Of a DNA stretch of 64,000 nt, positions 46,365-56,454 are shown one piece after another. The notes beneath the pieces are model-generated. The model was not told the DNA's origin. It saw only the letters and a list, made by a program, of their open reading frames with translations, and did not search any database. The translations under genes and the position numbers were made by a program. Position 1 is the first letter of the stretch. Every line of letters starts with the position of its first letter. Source of the stretch: a virus; the IMG/VR virus record IMGVR_UViG_3300042569_003487, positions 1 through 64,000 of that record; one strand, 5' to 3'.

Positions 46365-47271
46365 TAAATCCAGCTGAAATAAGGAAAAGATCTTTGACAG
46401 TGAAGCTGGAGTCCAAAAAAATTCTTGATTCTATTTTGGCTCCACATTTAGGGCAGTCATCCTTTAAAATCTGTTTTTTAGATTTTTGGATAGCATCTGC
46501 AAATTTAGTAATAAATGTAAATTTGTTAATATGCCAAGTCAAAGACTCTTCATTTAGTGCAGAAAACGTCTGTGGGGTAAGACTGTCCCAATCTCCAATC
46601 AAGTATGGAACTACTTTTAAGAAAGCCTTATCTATTTTTTTACCGGCTCGATTAATATCTAAGACAATATCTCTAAGTTTTTGCATTGTACCTAGGGTAG
46701 GTAAAAATAGATTAAATGAAGTATTAAGTTTTTCTGATTCTACTCGATATGCTTTAAGCTCTTCAGAATAAAAAACTTCAAGCTCTTCTGGAAAATCAAA
46801 TGCACTCAGCATTGAACTTGAAATAGGTTTCTTTTCACTGTATGGCTCGTTTTCATCGCATGCACATTCAAACTTATGAGGAATATAGTTTTCTCCATTT
46901 GGGAAAGTTAACTCTTGTATTCTAAATATAATATAGAATCTATCAATTTCCAAGATTTCTTTCCAACTCGCTGGAACTCCATCAATTGTTACAGTTGCAC
47001 AACGTTCTAAAATATAGTTTAATTGGTCGTCTACTGACAATAAGTCATTTTCATCAATGGTTGACCAATGACGAATTTCTGCAACAGTGGCAGACCTAAT
47101 TGAAAGTTCAAATCCAGGAAGATAATATTTTCCCTGACTTGGTAGAAATGATAATGGAATACTCTTTAGTCCTAATTGATTTGGTACAGAGACCTCTGGT
47201 TTAACCGAAGCCGCTTTTTTGGCCTTTGGACTAGGTGCAGAATTTTCTTGTTGAATGTCTATCTCTTGCAT
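46351..47271 (-). CDS. baseplate hub subunit, T4 gp26-like
   Basis: LPSQG, IR..TVAE, DRFYIIFRI, CxC and CPKC zinc-ribbon motifs. Confidence 0.7.
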   Translation of the reverse strand: MQEIDIQQENSAPSPKAKKAASVKPEVSVPNQLGLKSIPLSFLPSQGKYYLPGFELSIRSATVAEIRHWSTIDENDLLSVDDQLNYILERCATVTIDGVPASWKEILEIDRFYIIFRIQELTFPNGENYIPHKFECACDENEPYSEKKPISSSMLSAFDFPEELEVFYSEELKAYRVESEKLNTSFNLFLPTLGTMQKLRDIVLDINRAGKKIDKAFLKVVPYLIGDWDSLTPQTFSALNEESLTWHINKFTFITKFADAIQKSKKQILKDDCPKCGAKIESRIFLDSSFTVKDLFLISAGFSELV

Positions 47272-47292
47272 TGTATTAATACTTGACCTTTT

Positions 47293-47751
47293 CTAGTCTT
47301 GTATTAAAAATTGCATAAAAGTTTTTGTATGGTGAGAGCTGGCTTCGTTAACAGTCATTAGCGAAGCAGGATAAACTTCAACTTTTTTATTAGACGCAGA
47401 GTCTCTAATAAAAGCTCTAATTACTTGGTTCTTTCTATCTAATTGAAATCCAATAAATCTTCCAAATACTTTATGAGATCCTCCCTTTTGGTGTTGAGTA
47501 TTTACTTCAACGCCGCTAAGTCTTTTACCAGGTCTAAATTGATCGTTTAAGTCATTTATTAATTGATCAAATTCTGATGTTTCAACCTCTTGCGGAAGAG
47601 AAAGATCCGCTAGCGGCAAAAGTTTAATTGTAATACCTGGAGTAAAGTTTGATTGGGATGCAACAAAACCAAAATCTCCTCTTCCTTGAAATGGAATACT
47701 ACTTATAAAGTTATTCTTTTGTCCATATGACATTACTGGTCTCATTAGCAA
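47293..47751 (-). CDS. hypothetical late protein
   Basis: Operonic; C-terminal TKTFMQFL resembles the CTS core. Confidence 0.55.
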   Translation of the reverse strand: MLMRPVMSYGQKNNFISSIPFQGRGDFGFVASQSNFTPGITIKLLPLADLSLPQEVETSEFDQLINDLNDQFRPGKRLSGVEVNTQHQKGGSHKVFGRFIGFQLDRKNQVIRAFIRDSASNKKVEVYPASLMTVNEASSHHTKTFMQFLIQD

Positions 47752-48533
47752 TCACAATTATTTGGATCAACATCAGTTTTTGTCTTAATTAATAAGACAC
47801 TAACTTTAACGCTGAATTTTGAACTTGGGTTTAATAAAGTTAAGGTGTTTATAATCTTAGTTGGATCAGTAGTTGCCTCTGGTGCAAAGTACATATAAGC
47901 TTGTCCTATTGTAAAGTTAGATGGGCTGCTTCCACCATTTGTAAGAATCATAGAAATAGATCCAGTTAGTAGATATTCAGAAGGATTAATTTCTGCACCG
48001 TCTTCATCTAGCGTAGGGTAATTTACATAGATAATAACTCCCTTTACGTAAGCTTTGTTTGGATTTAAAACTTCAACAAATGTTAAACTAACGCTTCCGC
48101 TAGTTGCAGTAGCAGGCTTAGATAAAGTTACAGCCGTTCCGTTAACTGCAGTGACAGTAGTTCCATCGGCAATTCCACTTCCAGAAACTGTACTACCGAC
48201 TCTAATTGCTGAATTAGCTGAAGCCGTAACTACAGCAGTGCTATTAAGAGTCGTTGAAGAAACCGCAGTAGTTCCACCAACTAAACTGTTAGTAAATACC
48301 GTGGCAGTTTCGCCTTGACATATTTCTAATTCCTGTTTAACATAAGAATCCGCAGGATATGCCAATTTACCAAAGTCACAAAGATCAGCTTGGCTAACAT
48401 TTTTGTCTACTATTGAAAAACAGTTGTCAATAAGCCTAAGTGACTTTTTAACAGGGACTGGATCGCATAATTTAGCCATAGCCGAATTGACTCTTTTATA
48501 GCTTGGATCACCTTTAAATTTAATGTAAGACAT
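47745..48533 (-). CDS. putative structural protein with a beta-rich T/S/V insert
   Basis: IRVGSTVSGSGIADGTTVTAV..T.VTLS..AT, a module typical of tail proteins. Confidence 0.5.
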   Translation of the reverse strand: MSYIKFKGDPSYKRVNSAMAKLCDPVPVKKSLRLIDNCFSIVDKNVSQADLCDFGKLAYPADSYVKQELEICQGETATVFTNSLVGGTTAVSSTTLNSTAVVTASANSAIRVGSTVSGSGIADGTTVTAVNGTAVTLSKPATATSGSVSLTFVEVLNPNKAYVKGVIIYVNYPTLDEDGAEINPSEYLLTGSISMILTNGGSSPSNFTIGQAYMYFAPEATTDPTKIINTLTLLNPSSKFSVKVSVLLIKTKTDVDPNNCDC

Positions 48534-48566
48534 TAGCCGAAGTTCTTTTTATTATTTACCTTCGAT

Positions 48567-49277
48567 TTAGGAAACAATTCCTCTAGAGATTCTTTCATCT
48601 GCTGAAAGTCTTCTGGTATCTCTATCTGGAACTTCAAGTAAATCGATATGCTTTGGCTTGGTTAAATCAACTTCAATTGGTCCAGTAGATTTTTCCTGGC
48701 TCACTGGAGTCTTTTTTTTAACTTTTGGCGCTTTATTAGGAGTCTCGACTTGGACACTTTCTTGGACAGGCTGTCCAACTGGTTCCATACTCGGTTCTTC
48801 TATAATAGAATCTTCTACAATGGGTTCAGTTTGAACGGTTTCTGGGGTAGGTTTAATATAATCAACAAGAGACTTAATAAATCCTAATGCAACAATTGGC
48901 AAAACTGCGCCTGATATAATTGCAAGAATCCTTTTTTGATAGATTAGATCTTCTTCTTGAAGTCCAAACAATTCAATCCAGCTTGTAAAATTTTCAAGAT
49001 GAGAAAACGCATAATACGTATTTCCCATTGCTTGCATTGCAGTTAAAAGAATAAAGAGACCCCAAACAATACCTTTATTCATTTTTTCTAAAATAATAAG
49101 AGATGCTAGGGATGCAGCTGCACCAACTTCAAAGCCAATTGCAAGAGAAACTGCTAGCCAAGTAGGATTTGATAATTTAAAAAAGTCGATTACGTGAATC
49201 GTAGAAATAATTGATACTAAGAGGTATAAAGTAACAAAAGAACCAATTATAAAGTAATGGGTTGCTTTATTTTTCAT
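48567..49277 (-). CDS. multi-TM membrane protein
   Basis: Four hydrophobic helices plus a polar tail. Confidence 0.7.
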   Translation of the reverse strand: MKNKATHYFIIGSFVTLYLLVSIISTIHVIDFFKLSNPTWLAVSLAIGFEVGAAASLASLIILEKMNKGIVWGLFILLTAMQAMGNTYYAFSHLENFTSWIELFGLQEEDLIYQKRILAIISGAVLPIVALGFIKSLVDYIKPTPETVQTEPIVEDSIIEEPSMEPVGQPVQESVQVETPNKAPKVKKKTPVSQEKSTGPIEVDLTKPKHIDLLEVPDRDTRRLSADERISRGIVS

Positions 49278-49552
49278 TATTGTGCTCCAAGTTTTTTCAA
49301 TTCAGCATCAATCTCAGATTGACGTTGAACGTCTAGCATTTTTCGGTCAGTCGCCTGAATCATGCGTTTTTCTGCTTTAAGACCCTCAATTTCAAGGTCC
49401 TTTTTTGTTGCTAGCGAGTCTAGAGTAGTTAATTGCTTTTTAATTTTAGTAACTTCACGGTCTACTCCGCAAGATTTCATATAGGTTAAAATTAATAAAA
49501 ATATTACTACCTTTAATCCGTTTTTCTGTAAAAATTGTTCTACTTTATTCAT
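49277..49552 (-). CDS. TM/lipoprotein-like coiled-coil protein
   Basis: Hydrophobic stretch ending in KSC, then a coiled coil. Confidence 0.55.
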   Translation of the reverse strand: MNKVEQFLQKNGLKVVIFLLILTYMKSCGVDREVTKIKKQLTTLDSLATKKDLEIEGLKAEKRMIQATDRKMLDVQRQSEIDAELKKLGAQ

Positions 49553-49578
49553 AATTTAAGATTATTTGATACTATTAT

Positions 49579-50076
49579 TTATTTGGAATTTAAAGTTTGC
49601 CAAATTTGTGACCACTCTACTTGTCCAAGTGCAGGTATAAAAATTAGTGAAATTAAGAAAAATACAATAACTGGATAAATTATAATGTATAAAATTCTTT
49701 CTAGAGAAATTTGTTTAAAATCAAATTCCATCCAAACTAAATATGCATATACGTCTGGCGTTTTAATTCTACGGAAGCCGGTTTTAACAAAATCGATAAT
49801 ACCAAGTCTAGTAATAGGATCGTTATAGTCAGCTAGTGATTCTTTAACTTGCATTATTTCAAATCCAGATAAATCATCAGTATTTAAAAGAACTTCTGGT
49901 TGGAGATTTTTAACATAGTATAATCGACCAAGTCTAGTTCGTCTTAGATTTAATTTGGTAAGGTCTCCGTTTTTTTCCAATTCGGATATGATTCCCAAAT
50001 AACGTCTAAATATGTTTAATTCCTTAATCAAGGAGATTAACTTAGTTATAAAAACTATTGGATTTATGTATTTCAT
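49579..50076 (-). CDS. membrane protein (C-terminal TM)
   Basis: Hydrophobic C-terminal helix; coupled to the sigma gene. Confidence 0.6.
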   Translation of the reverse strand: MKYINPIVFITKLISLIKELNIFRRYLGIISELEKNGDLTKLNLRRTRLGRLYYVKNLQPEVLLNTDDLSGFEIMQVKESLADYNDPITRLGIIDFVKTGFRRIKTPDVYAYLVWMEFDFKQISLERILYIIIYPVIVFFLISLIFIPALGQVEWSQIWQTLNSK

Positions 50077-50720
50077 TAGAAAAGATCCTTTATTTTTTCT
50101 ACCAGTTCAGGATTACTTTCCAAAACTGAGTCTTTTAATATTTTACGTGCTTTTCTGATTTTAGTTTTAACTGTATTGAGATTCATATCGTATTTGTCTG
50201 CAATATCAGCACCCTTCATCTTATTTAGCTCCTTGTCAATTAGGATGGATTTTTCTAACGATTCTGGCATCTCTTCAATTGCAAGCATAGTTGCAGTGTA
50301 AAGATTCTCCAAAGAATTCTCCTTTTCTAAATTATCTCGACTGTCATCGACTAAAAATAGAGAATTTCCAATTTTATCAATATCAGTTGTCATTTGCTGT
50401 TTAAGTTTATGCAAATGCAATAGAGATTCATTTCTGGCAATAGTATAGATCCAAGTTGTAAATCTATATTTTGGATTATAGCTATCAAGCGATTTGAATA
50501 TCTTAAAGAACGTATTGTGTAATACTTCTTCGGTTTCGTCCTTATCGTTAAAGAACTTCCAAATAAAGTATTTAAGTTTAGGTTCCATTATTCGAACTAA
50601 TCGATTTCGGTCTCTTTCGGTGAAAGTTTTAGCAACAATTGCTTCGGCAAGCTGCTGCATTTCATCATTGAGGCGGCGGTTTAGATCTTCGTAACCTGTG
50701 ACCTTTTTGTTTCCTGTCAT
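50076..50720 (-). CDS. ECF-type sigma-70 factor
   Basis: Region 2: EEVLHNTFFKIF..LDSY...RFTTWIYTIARN. Region 4: DIADKYDMNLNTVKTKIRKARKIL. Confidence 0.88.
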   Translation of the reverse strand: MTGNKKVTGYEDLNRRLNDEMQQLAEAIVAKTFTERDRNRLVRIMEPKLKYFIWKFFNDKDETEEVLHNTFFKIFKSLDSYNPKYRFTTWIYTIARNESLLHLHKLKQQMTTDIDKIGNSLFLVDDSRDNLEKENSLENLYTATMLAIEEMPESLEKSILIDKELNKMKGADIADKYDMNLNTVKTKIRKARKILKDSVLESNPELVEKIKDLF

Positions 50721-50760
50721 AAAAATTATTTTCTAGATAGAGTTATTGTACTTAACTAAT

Positions 50761-51462
50761 TTACCAATTAACTTTGTTATTTGCCTTCCATTCGTCATAT
50801 CTTTCCGTAATTTCTATTAGAATTTTATTACGAACGATATCTGCATCTCCAAAGGTATGAATTCCCATTCCTTTGATACCCTGCATCATTTCAATAAATT
50901 TTGGAAGTGCCACTTTGTCTCTTGATATGTCATATTGACTAACATCACCACAAATTAAGACCTTTGAATTTTTTCCCATTCGTGTAATGAATAGCATTAG
51001 TTGTCTAAAATCTGCATTTTGTGCTTCATCTAATACCATTAAGCAATTATCAAAAGTTGCGCCTCTCATATATGCAAGCGGTCTAAATTCAATAAGACCG
51101 TCCCCTTCCAATTTAATTAAGTTATCCCAACCAATAATTTTTTCAAGATTAGTTCGGTAACTTTCCATAAATGGGTCGATTTTCTCTTTAATATCGCCAG
51201 GCAAAAATCCTAATTTTTCTCCAGACTCTTGAATTGGCTTTGATAAAATTATACGTTGAATCTTATCTTCTGTATGTAGTTTCATTGATGCATAACATGC
51301 AACAAAGGTTTTACTGGTTCCAGCCGGTCCATGACATAGAGTAATATCATTGTTCATGATTTTATCACAATACTCCTTTTGTGAAGGTTTAAGCGAAACT
51401 TGCTTTAATAATTCTGGGATAGATTGTGTAGAGTTACCTCTTCTTTTAGTGGATTTTTGCAT
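50761..51462 (-). CDS. phoH: PhoH-family ATPase
   Basis: GPAGTSKT, LGFLPGD, AYMRG, DEAQN, TRMG, GDVSQ. Confidence 0.93.
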   Translation of the reverse strand: MQKSTKRRGNSTQSIPELLKQVSLKPSQKEYCDKIMNNDITLCHGPAGTSKTFVACYASMKLHTEDKIQRIILSKPIQESGEKLGFLPGDIKEKIDPFMESYRTNLEKIIGWDNLIKLEGDGLIEFRPLAYMRGATFDNCLMVLDEAQNADFRQLMLFITRMGKNSKVLICGDVSQYDISRDKVALPKFIEMMQGIKGMGIHTFGDADIVRNKILIEITERYDEWKANNKVNW

Positions 51463-51465
51463 TAG

Positions 51466-51729
51466 TTAGTTTGATTTTTTAATTTCTTCAATTAGCGAAA
51501 CACAGGTTTGGCACATTTCATAATCCTCAATTTTCTCAAAATGCCTTTTAGCCTTTTCGATAGCATCTTCCCATCCGTCCCTTAAAACGAATGCATCAAT
51601 TTCAGATTCTGCAACCTTAACACTAGGAAGCTCCGCAATTTCTACATCATTTTTAAGCGCATGCTGTATTGCAGCAATAGTTCTTCTAAAAATGACGTCT
51701 CTGTCTCTAGTCAAGTCAAAATTAATCAT
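51466..51729 (-). CDS. small protein with UVR-like motif
   Basis: HFEKIEDYEMCQT. Confidence 0.6.
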   Translation of the reverse strand: MINFDLTRDRDVIFRRTIAAIQHALKNDVEIAELPSVKVAESEIDAFVLRDGWEDAIEKAKRHFEKIEDYEMCQTCVSLIEEIKKSN

Positions 51730-51735
51730 TCGTAT

Positions 51736-53694
51736 TTAGTTTTTTTGATCTCCATAAAATCCAGCCAGTGTCTTTTTATACGAATCTAGATAAGTTTCAT
51801 CAAAAACTTGACGCTGTCCAGGTTTTTTTAGTTGTGGAGTATCATTTAGATAACCTACTAAATCTGAGCTAATCTTGGTTGAGCCATCACCCTGACTAGA
51901 ATTTAAGATTTTTTCAGTTATTTCTTTTTTGTATTCCTCGCTTGTACTGTCCCAAACTTCTGTTCCTAATTCAAGAAAACTAGGAGAATCAAAGAATGCG
52001 GCAGTGTTAACACAAGTCATTGCTAAGTCATCGTTTCCACTTTGACTTCTATATGTACCATTAGTTGATCTACCAAATGATCCTAATTCCATTACAGTTT
52101 TACTTTCGTTTGGAAGAATTTTATTAACATTAACGTGGTATTTAAATCTTTCACAAAATTTAATTTTATTGGTAACGCTTAGTTTAAGACCGGGCTTAAG
52201 TAATTTAGTTGCTTCTGTGTGTTTGGAATGAATTAGTTGTCCAGGCCAATACTGTTCGTTATTTGCAATTTTGTCCAAGATAAAATCCCCTTTATGGTTT
52301 AATTCAATTAAGACTTTAAGATTTTCAAAATTAAAGAGTCTATAAACCAAATATTCTAAAACTTGAGCATATTCATTAATTGTTTGCTTATTACTTCTCC
52401 AAGTTGCAACTTGCACAAGGGATAGGCAATCCATTTCGCTTTTTACTAGATTTTTAATTGGTTCCAACATTTTAACTGGAAGAGGTGCAACTTTAAATAC
52501 ATTAATAACTGAAAAGTCTTTTCCTGTTCCGTCTGCTGTATCGACTGAAAATACATATCGATCTGGCGAATTTCTAAAATCCTGCTCGTCCCAATCCTTT
52601 AGATTTGGATGTACTGTAAAGTTCCCTTCCATTAAGGCAAGAACTTCCGGATCCCAATTAATATTAAGAGGCTCTTCATATTTAGTCATAATTCCAAAAA
52701 TCTTTTTAAGATCTTTAGAAGAAAGCAATAATCGATCGGACGAAAAGAACTGTAGACCATATTCCTGGTTAAAGTCTTCTTCTGATCCCATGTTTGCAAT
52801 AGTTTCAGCTTTCCATTTATCATCTCTACCTGGAACTTGCCACCAGTCTACTCTTAGCGGAGTATAAGTATTTAGTCCATTTACTGCATCCATATAGATT
52901 TCATAGAATCTATTCATACCATTTGGAGTTGATGTAATAATAATCTTGGAGGTAGTTGATGCAGAAATAGTAGGGTAAATTGCTCGATAAAAGAAATCTA
53001 AGTATGCTGGTGAGATGTGAGCAAACTCATCAATGTATAGTAAGTGAATAGTAAAACCAATACCTGTATTTTTGGTTGTAGTACGTCCAATTAATCTACA
53101 GCCATTATCGAACTTCATCGACATAACGTTATTTGAAATACAGCCAGGTTTTAGGAAAAATGGCAAATTTTCAAAAATAGATTTAATTTTATCAACAACC
53201 TCTTTGGTTGTACTTGCAATGTTGGCTACCGCTAAAACATTTTTATCTGTATGGAAAATAAGATACCATGCAACAAATACGCCAGACATTACAGTTTTAC
53301 CAATTTGACGGCTTGCCATTAAGATATTAAAGCGGTTTGCGCCAAATGCCTTAATAATTTCCTCTTGGTAATCACGTAAAACAATTTGTTCTACTCCATA
53401 TTCAGTTAAAACCTGAGCATACTTATTTGCAAAGTAACCTACATCAGATTTACAGCGCTTAATTTCTTCAAGTTCTTCTGGAGTATATTCAAAAACCAAA
53501 TTTTGCTTTTTCCAGGCAGGGTCATTATCCTTAAATGGAGAATTCTTAATGGTCTTAATATCAATTAAACCATTTTCAAAGTCTAGTAGAAGTTGATCTA
53601 CTTTTTTTGTAGTCCAGACTGCACTATTTTCAGTATCATCCATTCTAGATACCTGTACGCTAGTCCTTCCCCCTTTTGATAAAAAATCTTTCAT
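51736..53694 (-). CDS. terL: terminase large subunit (T4 gp17-like)
   Basis: LRDYQ, SRQIGKT (Walker A), LYIDEFAH (Walker B), STPNG, VDTADG..KD, DDLAM. Confidence 0.95.
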   Translation of the reverse strand: MKDFLSKGGRTSVQVSRMDDTENSAVWTTKKVDQLLLDFENGLIDIKTIKNSPFKDNDPAWKKQNLVFEYTPEELEEIKRCKSDVGYFANKYAQVLTEYGVEQIVLRDYQEEIIKAFGANRFNILMASRQIGKTVMSGVFVAWYLIFHTDKNVLAVANIASTTKEVVDKIKSIFENLPFFLKPGCISNNVMSMKFDNGCRLIGRTTTKNTGIGFTIHLLYIDEFAHISPAYLDFFYRAIYPTISASTTSKIIITSTPNGMNRFYEIYMDAVNGLNTYTPLRVDWWQVPGRDDKWKAETIANMGSEEDFNQEYGLQFFSSDRLLLSSKDLKKIFGIMTKYEEPLNINWDPEVLALMEGNFTVHPNLKDWDEQDFRNSPDRYVFSVDTADGTGKDFSVINVFKVAPLPVKMLEPIKNLVKSEMDCLSLVQVATWRSNKQTINEYAQVLEYLVYRLFNFENLKVLIELNHKGDFILDKIANNEQYWPGQLIHSKHTEATKLLKPGLKLSVTNKIKFCERFKYHVNVNKILPNESKTVMELGSFGRSTNGTYRSQSGNDDLAMTCVNTAAFFDSPSFLELGTEVWDSTSEEYKKEITEKILNSSQGDGSTKISSDLVGYLNDTPQLKKPGQRQVFDETYLDSYKKTLAGFYGDQKN

Positions 53695-53696
53695 AA

Positions 53697-54422
53697 TTAA
53701 ATGATTTCAAAAATAGTTGAGCTTAAATCTTCATCGTCATTTTCTTTTTCAATTAAATGCTCTAAGCCTCTTTCCGTCATCAATGAATTTTTTTCATTTG
53801 GATTAGTCAGCCTATTATCAAAATCATTATTCAAACCATCGCTCTCAATTTCTTTCATGATATTTTTAGTACCAGCCGTAATATAATAGTCTCCGGCTTG
53901 AATAGCATTTACAGAAGAGGCAGGGAGTCCAGCTTGGTCCCCCTTTGAATCAACTTCACTACGCATTTTCTTGTACGTATCCTCTAAGAACAACATATAG
54001 TTTGCTTGTGTTTTAGTAACTGTGGTAAGACGATCCTGCAATTGTGACATTACTTCAAATAAACGCGGATGTGCAGCACCCTGATTTATTTCTTCCATAA
54101 TTCTTTCAATCGCCATCTTAATAGTTTTATGCTGAAAGAACATGGTCTCGATATTCATATTATCGAGTTCTTTCTTTTGTTTTAGGTAATCGTGTTGAGT
54201 AATTAAACCTAAATCTACATAAAATTTAAATAGGGAATCTGTAATCTCAAGAGCTTTCTTCTTGAAACCTGAACTCATTTCATCAAAATCAATAGGAGGA
54301 TTTTGCTCAAGTTCATTAAAACGATCGTCGACTATATCATTTTCTGAAGTATCTCCAGAATAGGTGCTTAAGAAACTTTCGAGTTCGTTTTTTATTTGTG
54401 TTTTCTTCTCTTTGCTGATCAC
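53697..54422 (-). CDS. terS: terminase small subunit (T4 gp16-like)
   Basis: HPRLFEV motif; immediately upstream of terL. Confidence 0.65.
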   Translation of the reverse strand: MISKEKKTQIKNELESFLSTYSGDTSENDIVDDRFNELEQNPPIDFDEMSSGFKKKALEITDSLFKFYVDLGLITQHDYLKQKKELDNMNIETMFFQHKTIKMAIERIMEEINQGAAHPRLFEVMSQLQDRLTTVTKTQANYMLFLEDTYKKMRSEVDSKGDQAGLPASSVNAIQAGDYYITAGTKNIMKEIESDGLNNDFDNRLTNPNEKNSLMTERGLEHLIEKENDDEDLSSTIFEII

Positions 54423-54428
54423 TGGACT

Positions 54429-54674
54429 TTAGTTTAATTTTGTCTCGTTCTTATCCAGAGCTGGGTTAGCAAATATTTTAATTTTTTTGACCGCTTCAAT
54501 ATTATTGTAAACTATATTATTAAGTTTAGACAAGAACGCGTCAAATGATGGAGTTGTTCTTAACATATAGTTAGATACTGTTTTTTCGATAATAACGTTT
54601 TTGTAATCAAATCCTACATATAAACGCTTTTCGTTTCTTTCAAATGTCTTTTTAAAAACTGAATCCTTATTCAT
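54429..54674 (-). CDS. hypothetical protein
   Basis: Operonic, between the baseplate and terminase genes. Confidence 0.55.
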   Translation of the reverse strand: MNKDSVFKKTFERNEKRLYVGFDYKNVIIEKTVSNYMLRTTPSFDAFLSKLNNIVYNNIEAVKKIKIFANPALDKNETKLN

Positions 54675-54675
54675 A

Positions 54676-56346
54676 TTATCGTTTTATTTGTGTTTCTGCC
54701 TTAAATAAAATATTAACTGCTCCTAGTGAATTTTCAGATAAACCTGCAGCATAAGTATTACCCATTCGATCTTTAAATCCACCGCGTATAATTGCAAATT
54801 CAGATTCACCAATTATAATATCATTAAATTCATCAAGACCAGCTAGTGGTAAGTTTGGAGTATTTGGACGTCCAATAACAGCTGATTCATTTTTTTCACC
54901 AATTATTACAATACTAACTGAATCGACTCCGTCAATTTCTTCAATAAGTTTAATTAAATCACTTTTTGGAATTCTATCTTTTCTGGTATTATTAATAAAG
55001 TATTTTCCAAGTTTATCGTAAATCTGCGTTTTGATTGAACTTCTATCAAATCCAGAATAGGTTACCAATCCAATATTAAGAACATATTTGCTTGCAACTG
55101 GGTCTAATATTCTAATTCCAGTTGAAATTAATTTGGTTCCAGATTTTTCAATATATTTTAAAATTTCATTTTTTTGGAATGCTGTCAATTTAAACTTATC
55201 TTGAATTAGGTTAAAATAATCAGTTCCTTTTGAAAAAACTTTGGTTATGTCTGGAACTAAAAATAAATTAATCATTCGATCATCAGCTGAATCTAGAGTA
55301 ACTCTAACTGAAGAAAACATCTGTAATTTTTGCATTAATACTTCATAATTATCAAGATTTACTAGTGCATAGTTTTTAGAAGTTCTAGGTGCAATTAGAC
55401 GGGTTAAGGCTAAAGATTCTGGATCTGTTCCAAAGTTTGGAGCTCCAGTTACTGAAATTGTAACAGTATCTGCTAATGAAACTTCTTCTCCAATTGAATT
55501 AAATCCAGTATCACTAAATGACATTAAAATATCCTTTAAATTATCTAGGTTAATATTACCAGCTGAACCTTCAGTTACTAAATACTCTACAATAATTTCA
55601 GAACCTGCATTTGGAATTACGCCAAACGAATTGTTTCCGAAAAATATATCAAGACCGTTTGTTATACCAGTTCTACAAACAAAGCCTTTAGCTTTTCTTG
55701 GAATATCCAATAGAGATTCGTATTTGGTCCATTTTTCTCCATTAACATATACATTAACCATAAATTGGTCAATTAAAAAGTTATTTGGAAATCCTACTTG
55801 AAAGCTTTGGAAAGCTTGACCGTTTGCTGAAAATCTTTGTTGTTGTAGTCGACCTTGTCTAATAGTTAAGTTAACTCCGCCTGATCCATTTAAATTTAAT
55901 CGAATTTCGTCGCTTGGTAATTCAATAACATAGTTTAGCCCATTATTTTCACAGGCAACATTCATATAATTTGTTAAAATTAAAGTATTTCCAGGAAACT
56001 TAAGAAGATCTACTCCAGGTGCAGGCTTTACTAAAATGGTTCCAACTGATGAAATTGCACGACTTGGATTATGTCCAGCCAATGCAGCAAGGGAATATAC
56101 AGATGAAGGTCTAGAAGCTTCATATATGTTAAGTTCAGTAATTGAATCTTCAATATAGTATAAAATAAGTTGAGTTAAATTATGTAGAACTACTAAAAGC
56201 TGCCCAAACGGCGAAGCAATAGTAAATAATTCATTTTTAGTTTTAAACTTTTCTTGTAAAAACTGCTGCGCCTCATTATAAAGCTCGCCCGCATTAACGG
56301 ATAAGCTCCTGAAGATTTTGTATGCTGGTGAAAGTGTTTCAGCCAT
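54676..56346 (-). CDS. baseplate wedge protein (T4 gp6-like)
   Basis: IFFGNNSFGVIP..G..I.VEYLVT.G..GN; G.DPES....R..AP; V...DNY. Confidence 0.8.
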   Translation of the reverse strand: MAETLSPAYKIFRSLSVNAGELYNEAQQFLQEKFKTKNELFTIASPFGQLLVVLHNLTQLILYYIEDSITELNIYEASRPSSVYSLAALAGHNPSRAISSVGTILVKPAPGVDLLKFPGNTLILTNYMNVACENNGLNYVIELPSDEIRLNLNGSGGVNLTIRQGRLQQQRFSANGQAFQSFQVGFPNNFLIDQFMVNVYVNGEKWTKYESLLDIPRKAKGFVCRTGITNGLDIFFGNNSFGVIPNAGSEIIVEYLVTEGSAGNINLDNLKDILMSFSDTGFNSIGEEVSLADTVTISVTGAPNFGTDPESLALTRLIAPRTSKNYALVNLDNYEVLMQKLQMFSSVRVTLDSADDRMINLFLVPDITKVFSKGTDYFNLIQDKFKLTAFQKNEILKYIEKSGTKLISTGIRILDPVASKYVLNIGLVTYSGFDRSSIKTQIYDKLGKYFINNTRKDRIPKSDLIKLIEEIDGVDSVSIVIIGEKNESAVIGRPNTPNLPLAGLDEFNDIIIGESEFAIIRGGFKDRMGNTYAAGLSENSLGAVNILFKAETQIKR

Positions 56347-56454
56347 TTTGGCGAATTCTTTTTTGTTATTTATTAGGGATAATTGCGACTTGGAAAAATT
56401 TTACCTTCGCTCTAGACCAAATAGATAATTCTTTAGTATTATACTAAGAAATAT

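Noticed and set aside
51736-53694. Intein or intron in terL
   Set aside because: ATPase and nuclease motifs are contiguous at normal spacing; no splice-junction or homing-endonuclease motifs seen
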